Part shown: positions 43,836 to 52,338 of the stretch, one piece after another
Numbering within the stretch: the stretch's first letter is position 1
How the letters are laid out: every line of letters begins with the position of its first letter
Assembly (NCBI GenBank): GCA_041742825.1
Contig: JBGTNX010000115.1
Span: forward strand, 34,491-98,490
Direction of reading: 5' to 3'
Origin: Acidimicrobiia bacterium
GTDB lineage: Bacteria; Actinomycetota; Acidimicrobiia; Spongiisociales; ZC4RG35
DNA: 64,000 bases
Program-made: the position numbers and the translations under genes
The notes under the pieces: model-generated
What the model was told of the DNA's origin: nothing
What the model saw: only the letters and a program-made list of their open reading frames with translations
Databases searched by the model: none

Positions 43836-45065
43836 TCAGCTCAGCAGGCGATTCTGATTCGGAGACGGGAATCTGACGCTGAATCGGGTGTCGCCAACGA
43901 ACTCGACCATCCTCGATGCCGCGTCGGTTAGGAGCTGGTTGTGCTGTCGGGTCAGTTTGCGATGGAGATCGAGTGCTATCTCCCCACTGGCCCGCTGTGC
44001 CCAACCGCCGACAACTTCGCCGTCGGCCCAAATGGTCGGCCCCGCGTTGCCGTTGCGATCGAATACTTGTTCGGCGATGTCCGGAGCGAGGAACCAGTCC
44101 CGTTCCTTCCACCCCATCGTGGTTGGGTCGAGGCCGGGGAGGAGAGCAACCCAGGGCGCGAAATCGCCCGGGCCGGCCACGTCACCGGCATTTACCCACG
44201 CTTTTGCACCCGACTCGAGCGACACCTCCACGGCGTCGATCGCGGTGAGGGCCATTCGGGTCATCGTCAAAGTCCAACCGGTCCACCACTTCAGATCGGT
44301 GAGCGTGCACGGGCCGAACCGGTCGAGCAACCGGGCCAGGAGCTCCGCCGCGCCCTGCGCCGGTTCTTGGCCGGTGAGGGCCGGGAATCCCCATCTCTGC
44401 GCCGTGTCCCAGATGTAGTTGGATGCGATCCAGGTGCCCTGGGGTCTGGTCCGCACCACGTCCCCGTTCATGGCCGCAAGCAGGAGCGCACGGCTGTGAC
44501 CGGGAATCGAGCTTTCCTGGCGCGTCCCCTGGATCACCCGGACCGGCAACGCGAGGTCGGGGAGGGCGATACCGATTTCTCTGGTCGATGCAGGAGCGCC
44601 TGTGCTCAGGTAGTCGACGATCCGCGCGGTCGCCATGCCCAACCATTCGTGGGGCCGGGAGATCGCGGGTGTGGCTTCGAGCCAACCAAGAAATCGCCGC
44701 TCTTCGGCAGCAGCGATCTTCAGAGTGCACGATGCGTGCGCGGAGACAATCGTCTCCGGCCCCATGACCCAGAGGGTCCGGCGCATGGCGTGATGGCGAA
44801 AGACGGTGCGGTCGTTGTAGAACTCACGGTGGATGGCATCGATCGTCGGGTTGTCGAGCCGGGCGGCAGCTGTGAGATAGACGGCAACCGGGTCGGATGA
44901 GTGCAGGGCGACCAATGCTTCGACGACGGTGGGGAGGTCCGCCGCCCGCAGTTCGGGCAAGAGGAGATGTTTGTGAGCCATTCGGTGGCGGCGCTCGGCG
45001 TTGGTGATCAGGGGTAGCGGCACCCGCTTCAAGTTAGTTCGATAAGGACGAAAGCCCTCCTGCAT
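43836..45065 (-). CDS. Winged-helix DNA-binding protein, YcaQ/AlkZ-like
   Basis: Length and N-terminal pattern (LLLPELRAADLPTVVEALVALHSSDP). C-terminal GPTIWADGEVVGGW is typical of the family. Confidence 0.7.
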   Translation of the reverse strand: MQEGFRPYRTNLKRVPLPLITNAERRHRMAHKHLLLPELRAADLPTVVEALVALHSSDPVAVYLTAAARLDNPTIDAIHREFYNDRTVFRHHAMRRTLWVMGPETIVSAHASCTLKIAAAEERRFLGWLEATPAISRPHEWLGMATARIVDYLSTGAPASTREIGIALPDLALPVRVIQGTRQESSIPGHSRALLLAAMNGDVVRTRPQGTWIASNYIWDTAQRWGFPALTGQEPAQGAAELLARLLDRFGPCTLTDLKWWTGWTLTMTRMALTAIDAVEVSLESGAKAWVNAGDVAGPGDFAPWVALLPGLDPTTMGWKERDWFLAPDIAEQVFDRNGNAGPTIWADGEVVGGWAQRASGEIALDLHRKLTRQHNQLLTDAASRMVEFVGDTRFSVRFPSPNQNRLLS

Positions 45066-45130
45066 GGGGCCCACTGGCGGTGGCAAGCACGGTTGGGTGT
45101 CGGGTAGGTTTGGTGGATAAAGGAGTCTGC

Positions 45131-45811
45131 ATGCAAATACGGAAACTGATGACCGGCGACGTGGCCACAATTGAGGAGTCGGCTTCGCTCAAAGACGCCG
45201 CCCACATCATGATCGAGCGAAAGATAAGCGGTATACCTGTTGTGGACGGCGATGGCCGCCTCGTGGGGATCGTCACCGAAGGTGACGTGCTGCATCAGGA
45301 GTCGCTCCGCCAACCCGCCACAACGCTGATGTCGTTCTTCAAAAGCGTCGAGGAGCGGGCGATCTCAGTTGGGGACGCAATGACCAAGAAGGTCAAGACC
45401 ATAGGAGTCGATGCCGACCACACCGAGGCCGCACGCCTCATGGAGTCCACCGGTGTGAAACGGCTTCCAGTGGTCGAGCCTGACGGGAGCGTGGTCGGGA
45501 TCCTCAGCCGATCGGACATCCTCAAAGTATTTGCGCGCGACGACAACGAGATCGAGACCGAGATCCGATCCGAGGTCATCGAGCGAATCCTCTGGCTCGA
45601 GCCTGCGGGACTCAGTGTCGAAGTGGCGGATGGGATTGTGACCCTCGACGGCACGGTGCCCACCAGGTCTGACGCCAGGATCCTCGAGGAGATGACCCGG
45701 CGCATCGACGGAGTGGTTGGGGTGAGCTCGGACCGGCTCCAATTCGATGTCGACGACAGCAAGCGTGCAGAGAAGCGCATTCCCGGCGACGCTCCCAGAG
45801 CTAACTGGTAA
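45131..45811 (+). CDS. CBS-pair plus BON domain protein
   Basis: Two CBS motifs (ISGIPVVDGDGRLVGIVTEGD and RLPVVEPDGSVVGILSRSD), then a BON-like tail. AAAGGAG RBS before ATG 45131. Confidence 0.8.
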   Translation: MQIRKLMTGDVATIEESASLKDAAHIMIERKISGIPVVDGDGRLVGIVTEGDVLHQESLRQPATTLMSFFKSVEERAISVGDAMTKKVKTIGVDADHTEAARLMESTGVKRLPVVEPDGSVVGILSRSDILKVFARDDNEIETEIRSEVIERILWLEPAGLSVEVADGIVTLDGTVPTRSDARILEEMTRRIDGVVGVSSDRLQFDVDDSKRAEKRIPGDAPRANW

Positions 45812-45837
45812 TTAAGAGTCCGTTTTCCAGCGGGCTC

Positions 45838-46494
45838 TCACCACTCCTCGGGGTCCTTCTTATCTGACTCCGAGCGGGCGACGTAAGCGGCTGCTTCGCT
45901 GCGGTTACTCATGTCCATTTTGGTGAGCACCGAAGACACGTAATTCTTGACCGTTTTTTCGGCGAGGAACATCTCCTCGGCGATCTGCTTGTTGGTCAGA
46001 CCCTGTGCGATATGGCTGACCAGGGTGCGTTCCTGTTCGGTAAGCTTCGCCAGCCTGGGGTCCTCGGACTTGCCGGTCCGCAGTCTTTCGAAGAGACGTT
46101 CCACCATCGATTTGTCGAGAAGCGACTCACCCGCGGCGACGCGGAGGATGTTGTCGACGAGCTCGGTTCCCTTTACCTTCTTGAGCACGTAGCCCGAGGC
46201 TCCCGCCATGATCGAAGCCATAAGTGCCTCCTCGTCGGCATAAGACGTGAGCATCAGGACGCGGACGTCAGGGAATCTGGCCAGAATCTCCCGGCAGGTC
46301 TCGATGCCTGACTGCTCGGGCATCCTCACGTCCATGACCACCACGTCAGGCTCATCGAGCCCTGTTCTCCGGAAGGCTTCCTCGCCGGAACTCGCCTCCC
46401 CGACGACCTCGACCTCGGGATGGGAAGTCAACATCGATTTGAGACCCTGGCGGACCACCTCGTGGTCATCGACAATTAAAACTCTCGTGCTCAC
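45838..46494 (-). CDS. NarL/LuxR family response regulator (DevR-like)
   Basis: REC domain VLIVDDH...DVVVMDVRMP and a C-terminal LuxR HTH (LTEQERTLVSHIAQGLTNKQIAEEMFLAEKTVKNYVSSV). Confidence 0.9.
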   Translation of the reverse strand: MSTRVLIVDDHEVVRQGLKSMLTSHPEVEVVGEASSGEEAFRRTGLDEPDVVVMDVRMPEQSGIETCREILARFPDVRVLMLTSYADEEALMASIMAGASGYVLKKVKGTELVDNILRVAAGESLLDKSMVERLFERLRTGKSEDPRLAKLTEQERTLVSHIAQGLTNKQIAEEMFLAEKTVKNYVSSVLTKMDMSNRSEAAAYVARSESDKKDPEEW

Positions 46495-46569
46495 GATGAA
46501 GACAGTAATGGCTATTGATCCAGCTACCGCACTCCAGGGGATCTGAACCAGCCTGATTACTCTTGCATC

Positions 46570-47685
46570 ATGGAGAGACAGATTCCAGTGACGAGGCTTG
46601 CCAGCCTGACCGAGGCGGTCGTCTCATTGGTCGCGATGGCGGACCTCGAGCATCTCCTCCGCCGTTTGGTCCAAACCGCCTGTGACACAACCGGTGCCCG
46701 CTATGCCGCCCTGGGTGTTGTCGGGGAGCACAAGACGCTCATCGAGTTCGTTCATGAAGGGATCGACCCGGAGACGGTCGCACGGATCGGCCACTTGCCC
46801 AAGGGCCACGGGGTGCTGGGAACCTTGATCAGGGACCGGGTGACATTACGTCTCGACCGGATGTCCGACCATCCGGACTCGGTGGGATTCCCCGAGCACC
46901 ACCCTCCTATGGACCGATTCTTGGGAGTCCCGGTGGGAATTGGCGACTTGGCGGTGGGCAACCTCTACCTCACCGAGAAAGAAGGGGGTTTCGACGCCGA
47001 CGACCAACTCATTGTCGAGGCCCTTGCCGCAATCGCCGCAGTTGCGGTGGAGAAAACTCGCCTTCGCACCCGGCTCTCAGAGGTGGCAGTGCTGGAAGAT
47101 CGGCAACGGATCGGACGCGACCTCCACGACTCGATCATCCAGGACCTCTTCGGGACCGGCCTGCAATTGCAGGGACTCACCTCGGGGGCCATCGACGAGA
47201 CGACCAGAGCGGGTCTGGATGAAGCCGTTACCCGGATCGACGACACCATCGATTCGCTACGCGAGATCGTGACCGACCTCGACCGGCCGGTTACCACTGG
47301 AAGCTTCGGGGACCTGCTTCGCACTCAGCTCACCCGGCTGGCGGCGCCCTACCAGGTTGCGGTCGGTGTTTCAGTTGAACCTGCAGGTCTGGAACTCCCC
47401 GACCTTGCAGTTGCCTCCGTCCAACCAATGATCACCGAGGCGGTTTCGAATGCCCTCCGTCACTCCGGTTCAAAGGTGATCGATGTGAGGTTGGAGAGAC
47501 TCGGCGAACGGCTCGTGATATCGGTCGTCGACCAGGGATCAGGATTCGACCCGGAGAGCGCAAAGGCCGGAATGGGTTTGAAGAATCTAAGTGAGAGAGC
47601 CTCCGAGTTGGGCGGCCACGTCGATATCCGGTCGGTCGGCGGTGTCGGGACCGTAATCGAAGTTCTCCTCCCCTACTCGGGGTAG
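46570..47685 (+). CDS. GAF domain sensor histidine kinase (HisKA_3 type)
   Basis: GAF region (ARYAALGVV...GNLYLTEK), H-box RIGRDLHDSIIQDLF, and a HATPase tail. Confidence 0.85.
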   Translation: MERQIPVTRLASLTEAVVSLVAMADLEHLLRRLVQTACDTTGARYAALGVVGEHKTLIEFVHEGIDPETVARIGHLPKGHGVLGTLIRDRVTLRLDRMSDHPDSVGFPEHHPPMDRFLGVPVGIGDLAVGNLYLTEKEGGFDADDQLIVEALAAIAAVAVEKTRLRTRLSEVAVLEDRQRIGRDLHDSIIQDLFGTGLQLQGLTSGAIDETTRAGLDEAVTRIDDTIDSLREIVTDLDRPVTTGSFGDLLRTQLTRLAAPYQVAVGVSVEPAGLELPDLAVASVQPMITEAVSNALRHSGSKVIDVRLERLGERLVISVVDQGSGFDPESAKAGMGLKNLSERASELGGHVDIRSVGGVGTVIEVLLPYSG

Positions 47686-48137
47686 GTTATTGCCGGTGCA
47701 TTTTCGAGCGCCGTGCCCACCCTCTGCAGCCAGTCTTCGACCGTGAGCCGCGCCACCCGCTCCAACAGCATATTGTCGAGCATATCTCCGACCCAACCGA
47801 ACGGCGGGTCATAAGAAGCCCGGACCCGCAGCGTTGAGTCGGACGGCCCCGATCTCGAGGCCTCCAGGTCTCCGGTGAGTCTGGGAAATAGGGCCCTGGC
47901 TCCGGTGGCTCGCCAGGTGAAGGGGAGTGCGATCCCGGCGCGGGTGATCTTCGGCTGGCCAAACTTGAGGGCTACCTCTTTGGCCAGGGGTGCCTCCGGC
48001 CCCACCCGGCTCCGCAGGTCTTCCCCCCGCCGATATACGACCACGCCGAAACCCTCGATGGCGGCGAGCTCGTCAATCAGTTGTCGTTCGACCACTTCGA
48101 TCGGGATGTCGACCGCGATCTCGTGCTCGACGAACAT
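47673..48137 (-). CDS. Hypothetical protein (154 aa)
   Basis: ORF coupled (TGATG) to the upstream CBS gene. No family recognised. Confidence 0.5.
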   Translation of the reverse strand: MFVEHEIAVDIPIEVVERQLIDELAAIEGFGVVVYRRGEDLRSRVGPEAPLAKEVALKFGQPKITRAGIALPFTWRATGARALFPRLTGDLEASRSGPSDSTLRVRASYDPPFGWVGDMLDNMLLERVARLTVEDWLQRVGTALENAPAITYPE

Positions 48138-48505
48138 CAGCTACCTGCGACTGCCCAGAGAAGGTCCTTGATGCTGACCATCCCGACCAGGTTGCCGTTG
48201 TCGGTGACCGGCAGGTGCCGGTAGCCGGTGGCATTCATCCATGCAACAGCTTCCGAAATCTCGGTGTCGATCTCGACCGTGTCCGGAGCCGCGGTCATGA
48301 TGTCACGTGCTGTGGCGTCCTCCTCGGACCGGGCCACGGCATGGACGATGTCGCGGTCTGTGACAATTCCCACGAACTCGTCGTTGACGTCGAGCACGGC
48401 CACCGACCCCACCCCTTCGGCCTCCATGAGCTTCGCCACGTCCACCAGTTTCATGCTCGGTGGGGCGGTGACGATGGCCCCGGCGACCAGTTCTGAAATG
48501 TTCAC
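48137..48505 (-). CDS. CBS-pair domain protein (Hrp1-like size)
   Basis: Two CBS motifs (VGSVAVLDVNDEFVGIVTDRD and HLPVTDNGNLVGMVSIKD). GTG start. Confidence 0.8.
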   Translation of the reverse strand: MNISELVAGAIVTAPPSMKLVDVAKLMEAEGVGSVAVLDVNDEFVGIVTDRDIVHAVARSEEDATARDIMTAAPDTVEIDTEISEAVAWMNATGYRHLPVTDNGNLVGMVSIKDLLWAVAGS

Positions 48506-48536
48506 GTCTATCTCCTGATGCTTCTTGTCTTCACGG

Positions 48537-48995
48537 TTACAAACGGCCAGGACGGGTCGGGATCGAGATCCAAGTGCCCGACGTCCTCCCGCTTATCTCT
48601 TCGATCGAGATCGCGATGAAGGTGGCAGGCTCGGCGATCGGGCTTCTCTTTCCTCTCGAGAACGGTGAGCCGAGCTCTTCCCGATACTTGGAGAGGAGGG
48701 AGGACACCACTTGCTGAGCAAAGAGGTTGTCGTGGCGCTGGCGGGCTCGGCCGCTGACGATCACGCATTCCCAGCCGCCGTCCGCTGTCGTCTGCATGAC
48801 TTCGAACGAGACCGCCGGGCTTACCTTGATGGCATCCACCCGGCGTCCGAGCCCGGTTCTGAAGCAGATCTCATTCTCGATCACTACATATGAGACGGGC
48901 GAAACATAGGGAACGTCGCCATCGATGACGGCCATGTGCCCGATCTTGCTTTCTACAAGCAGGCCGAGGGTCCTCTTCTCGCTGAGATTCTCCAT
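48537..48995 (-). CDS. Pyridoxamine 5'-phosphate oxidase-like (FMN/F420-binding split barrel) protein
   Basis: GHMAVIDGDVPYVSPVSYVV...ICFRT pattern. Start at ATG 48995. Confidence 0.75.
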   Translation of the reverse strand: MENLSEKRTLGLLVESKIGHMAVIDGDVPYVSPVSYVVIENEICFRTGLGRRVDAIKVSPAVSFEVMQTTADGGWECVIVSGRARQRHDNLFAQQVVSSLLSKYREELGSPFSRGKRSPIAEPATFIAISIEEISGRTSGTWISIPTRPGRL

Positions 48996-49097
48996 GCTCC
49001 CAACGTACCGGGGCGGTGCGGTCACCAGTAGGGACCTTCGGACCTCCCCGGCGGGACCTTTTCCACGTGGTGGTCGGAGCAGTGCTCGGGGCAAAAA

Positions 49098-49124
49098 AAT
49101 AGGCCCGGCAGTGCCGGGCCTATT
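49098..49124 (-). terminator. Intrinsic terminator of the RRM gene
   Basis: Perfect 12-bp stem AATAGGCCCGGC-agt-GCCGGGCCTATT, followed on the minus strand by a U-run (A-run at 49093-49099). Confidence 0.75.
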
Positions 49125-49139
49125 TGCGATTGTCCTTGG

Positions 49140-49394
49140 TTAGCGGGAACGCTCGCGTGCGATATTCACCGTGAGGCTACGACCATCATGGTCCTTGCCG
49201 TTGAGTGCTTCGATTGCGGCGTTTGCGTCTTCGGCCGAAGCCATCTCGACGAAGCCGAAGCCTCGTGAGCGACCGGTTTCCCGATCGGTGATGACCTGCG
49301 CGCTGGTTACCTGGCCGTACTGGCCGAACAGCGTCTCCAGGTCGGAGTTGCTAACCGAGTATGTGAGATTCCCCACAAAAAGGTTGTTGGACAT
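49140..49394 (-). CDS. RRM-domain RNA-binding protein (84 aa)
   Basis: RNP2 LFVGNL and RNP1 RGFGFVEM. Confidence 0.85.
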   Translation of the reverse strand: MSNNLFVGNLTYSVSNSDLETLFGQYGQVTSAQVITDRETGRSRGFGFVEMASAEDANAAIEALNGKDHDGRSLTVNIARERSR

Positions 49395-49413
49395 GGTGTG
49401 TTTCGCTCCTTCC

Positions 49414-49446
49414 AAAAAAGCGTCGGATCTTCGAGGCTTCTGACGC
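49414..49446 (-). promoter_or_regulatory. Terminator-like leader hairpin plus U6 immediately 5' of the RRM gene RBS
   Basis: Minus strand reads GCGUCAGA-11 nt-UCCGACGC-UUUUUU-GGAAGGAG. Confidence 0.45.
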
Positions 49447-49556
49447 CTGGTCGGATCAATTTCACTATATCGGCTTTTGGATTGGCCGATGTCATAACCT
49501 TATACGGCATTTGGGGGAATGTTCCATCCAATTCGCCGTTTCGATAAGGTGAGCGC

Positions 49557-49706
49557 ATGGGAGATCCTGCCTGTTTTCTCGAGTTCACATGTTTCGAGTG
49601 CGGTCTGATGCTCGAACCTGCCGACCGTTCCTTGGCGATTTGCCCTCGGTGTGGAGCTGATTTCGAAAGTGACGAGGTCCAGAACCCGGGGGAACCGGAA
49701 CAGTGA
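49557..49706 (+). CDS. Unlisted small zinc-ribbon protein (49 aa)
   Basis: My translation: MGDPACFLEFTCFECGLMLEPADRSLAICPRCGADFESDEVQNPGEPEQ. CxxC...CxxC pattern. AAGGTGAG RBS. Its stop overlaps the GTG of the next gene (GTGA). Confidence 0.5.
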   Translation: MGDPACFLEFTCFECGLMLEPADRSLAICPRCGADFESDEVQNPGEPEQ

Positions 49707-50122
49707 AGGACGCCAACGTCCGACGTTTTTCTTCGCTGCACACGGCCCTGTTCCGACTCACCGGGGGGCGCATCGGTAAGCGACTGGTCGACAATGACAT
49801 GCTGCTGCTCACAACGGTCGGTTCCAGCACCGGCCAGGACCATACTGTCCCGCTCCTGTACCTCGAGCACGAGGGCTCCCTCGTTGTGGTCGCTTCATAC
49901 GGTGGGCGGCCCGATCACCCCCAGTGGTACAAGAACCTGCTCGCAACTCCCGAAGCAAATATTCAGATCGGCTCGGAATCGATCGAGGTCGAAGCAAGGA
50001 CAGCATCCGGGGCGGAGCGGTCGCGGCTCTGGCGCGATGTGGTTCGTTCCTACGACCAATACGAGGTCTATCAGACTCGGACAGACCGCCAGATTCCGCT
50101 GGTAGTGCTCGACCCGCGATGA
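49703..50122 (+). CDS. Deazaflavin (F420H2)-dependent nitroreductase family protein (Ddn-like)
   Basis: LLLTTVGSSTGQDHTVPLLY...GGRPDHPQWYKNL...QIPLVVL family pattern. Confidence 0.85.
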   Translation: MKDANVRRFSSLHTALFRLTGGRIGKRLVDNDMLLLTTVGSSTGQDHTVPLLYLEHEGSLVVVASYGGRPDHPQWYKNLLATPEANIQIGSESIEVEARTASGAERSRLWRDVVRSYDQYEVYQTRTDRQIPLVVLDPR

Positions 50123-50168
50123 GGCCGAGTAGAGCCGGCGCAGGCAAGGCGTCGAAAGCTGTCGAACG

Positions 50169-50571
50169 ATGGCATCCGGTTCGACCGTGACGAAAAGAGT
50201 GGACCGCAACGTGATCGAATCAGCCTTCCCCATAATCAGCGCTACGGACCTAAGACGGCTCCCCGATTTCTATGAGGATCTGCTCGAAGGCACCGTGACC
50301 TATCGGTTCCCGGCAGATGGCCTGCCCGAGTTCGTGAGCCTGAGCCTCGGTGCATCGACGGTGGGGATCGCCGAGGACTCGAGCGTCTCGACGTCAAAGG
50401 ACCGGAGGTTCGCGCTGGGGATCTATGTGGAGGATTGCGACCGCGTGGGTGGACCTGGTGCGCGACCGCGGCCTCGAAGTAATCGAGGACCCGGCCGACC
50501 AGCCGTGGGGGGAACGAGTCGGTCGGGTAGGAGACCCCGAGGGCAACATGGTGATCCTGGGACAGCGCTAG
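50169..50571 (+). pseudogene. VOC/glyoxalase family gene interrupted by a +1 frameshift near 50448
   Basis: The N-terminal half is in frame 50169 (...FALGIYVEDCDRV). The conserved C-terminal half (VDLVRDRGLEVIEDPADQPWGERVGRVGDPEGNMVILGQR) is in frame 50350. Deleting one G of GTGGGTGG restores a single ORF. Confidence 0.6.
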
Positions 50572-50615
50572 GCGTAAAGACAATGCTGCCCCGTTCCGTG
50601 GGTTAAATTGCTTCC

Positions 50616-51518
50616 GTGTCGATAATCGAGGTGACCCAGCTGGTGAAGAACTACGGGGATCTCCGTGCAATCGACGGTATCAACCTTTCGATCGACCCCG
50701 GTGAAGTTTTTGCCCTCCTGGGTCCCAACGGTGCCGGTAAGAGCACGGCTGTTGAGATAATGGAGGGCCATCGGGAGAGAACATCGGGCTCGGTCGAGGT
50801 CCTCGGGTTCGACCCCGCAACCGGTGGCCGCGATTACCGGGAGAAGATCGGAATCGTTCTCCAGGAGTCAGCGGTCGAACCCGAGTTGACCGTCTCGGAG
50901 GTGATCGACGTATACGGGGATGTGTTCCCGAAGCGACGCCCGACCGGCGAACTGATAGAACTCGTGGGCCTCCAAGAAAAGACGAATGCCCGGGTAAAGA
51001 CCCTTTCCGGCGGACAGCAGCGGCGCCTCGAGCTGGCTCTCGGACTGGTCGGTGACCCCGACCTGATTTTTCTGGACGAACCAACCACCGGCTTCGATCC
51101 TTCGGCTCGACGACAGGCCTGGTCGATCATCGAGAACCTGTCCAGCCTGGGCAAGACAATCCTCCTCACCACCCACTACATGGATGAGGCACAGCACCTG
51201 GCCGACCGGATTGCAATCATTGCGGCCGGGTCGATCGTCGCCGACGGAACTCCCGACACCCTCGGGGGACGGCAGCAAGCTGAGGCGAAAATCCGGTTTG
51301 CACTTCCAGACGGTGTCTCGGTGTCCGACCTCCCGGCTCAGCCTTTTGCGAGCAGCGAAGGGAAGGTCGTGTTCTCGACACAGGAACCGACCCGACTGCT
51401 CAATGAGCTGACCTCATGGGCTGTCGGGCGCAACCTGGAACTCGATTCCCTGTCCGTCGAGCGCCCGACCCTCGAGGATATCTACCTGCGGCTCGTGGGA
51501 GACGAGCCCCATGTCTGA
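50616..51518 (+). CDS. ABC transporter ATP-binding protein
   Basis: Walker A GPNGAGKST, LSGGQQRRLELA, IFLDEPTTGFDP. GTG start. Confidence 0.9.
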   Translation: MSIIEVTQLVKNYGDLRAIDGINLSIDPGEVFALLGPNGAGKSTAVEIMEGHRERTSGSVEVLGFDPATGGRDYREKIGIVLQESAVEPELTVSEVIDVYGDVFPKRRPTGELIELVGLQEKTNARVKTLSGGQQRRLELALGLVGDPDLIFLDEPTTGFDPSARRQAWSIIENLSSLGKTILLTTHYMDEAQHLADRIAIIAAGSIVADGTPDTLGGRQQAEAKIRFALPDGVSVSDLPAQPFASSEGKVVFSTQEPTRLLNELTSWAVGRNLELDSLSVERPTLEDIYLRLVGDEPHV

Positions 51519-52338
51519 GCGTCCGAGCGATCTCAGGCTGATCTGGCAGCAGACCCGCTACCAGAACAAGATCTTCTGGCGCACCCCCGTCGCCGCATTC
51601 TTCACCCTCGTGTTCCCCCTGATGTTTCTCGTGCTGTTCACCGCGATCTTCGGCAACGATGAAATCGAAGGCCTCGGGGTCACAACCGCGCAGTTCTTCG
51701 CACCCGGACTAGCAGTTTTTGCCGCCGCCTCGGCCTCGTACACCAACCTGGCAATCGGGACTGCGATCTCGCGCGACAACGGGATTCTCAAGCGGGTGCG
51801 CGGCACACCGTTGCCACCCTGGATCTATATCGCCGGCAGGGTTGTCTCAGCCGTCTATCTCGCCGCTATCGCAGTTGTGGTCATGATGGGTGTTGCAGTC
51901 GCGTTCTACGGTGTCTCGGTTTACTCGCGGACGATTCCCGCAATGATCGTGACGTTCCTGGTCGGCGTCGGTTGTTTCGCTGCCCTCGGGATGCTGGTCG
52001 CGGCGCTCGCACCGAATGGTGACTCGACCCCTGCAATCACCAACGCCACGATCCTTCCCATCGCTTTTGTCTCCAACATCTTCATCCCGATCGACGACCC
52101 CCCGGTATGGATGGAGCTCATCGGCAACTTCTTCCCGTTGAAGCATTTCGGAGACGCATTCCGCGCCGCCTTCGACCCCCGGCTAACTGGCACACAATTC
52201 CACTGGGACAGCATCGGCTATATGGCGCTGTGGGGAGTGATCGCGGTGATACTTGCCGCGAGGTTCTTCAAGTGGGAGCCATCCAAAGGCTCGGAGGGCA
52301 AGCGCCGGAAGAAGAAAGACGCCGTCGAAGTCAAATAG
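51511..52338 (+). CDS. ABC-2 type transporter permease
   Basis: 6-TM ABC-2 pattern. 8-nt overlap with the ATPase gene. Confidence 0.85.
   Translation: MSERPSDLRLIWQQTRYQNKIFWRTPVAAFFTLVFPLMFLVLFTAIFGNDEIEGLGVTTAQFFAPGLAVFAAASASYTNLAIGTAISRDNGILKRVRGTPLPPWIYIAGRVVSAVYLAAIAVVVMMGVAVAFYGVSVYSRTIPAMIVTFLVGVGCFAALGMLVAALAPNGDSTPAITNATILPIAFVSNIFIPIDDPPVWMELIGNFFPLKHFGDAFRAAFDPRLTGTQFHWDSIGYMALWGVIAVILAARFFKWEPSKGSEGKRRKKKDAVEVK

Noticed and set aside
43768-44112. Upstream extension of the cupredoxin ORF
   Set aside because: It overlaps the 3' end of the YcaQ-like gene. The signal peptide/lipobox and RBS define the start at 43767.
43941-44900. 319-aa plus-strand ORF
   Set aside because: It is antisense to the YcaQ/AlkZ-like gene, with Arg/Gly/Pro-rich junk composition.
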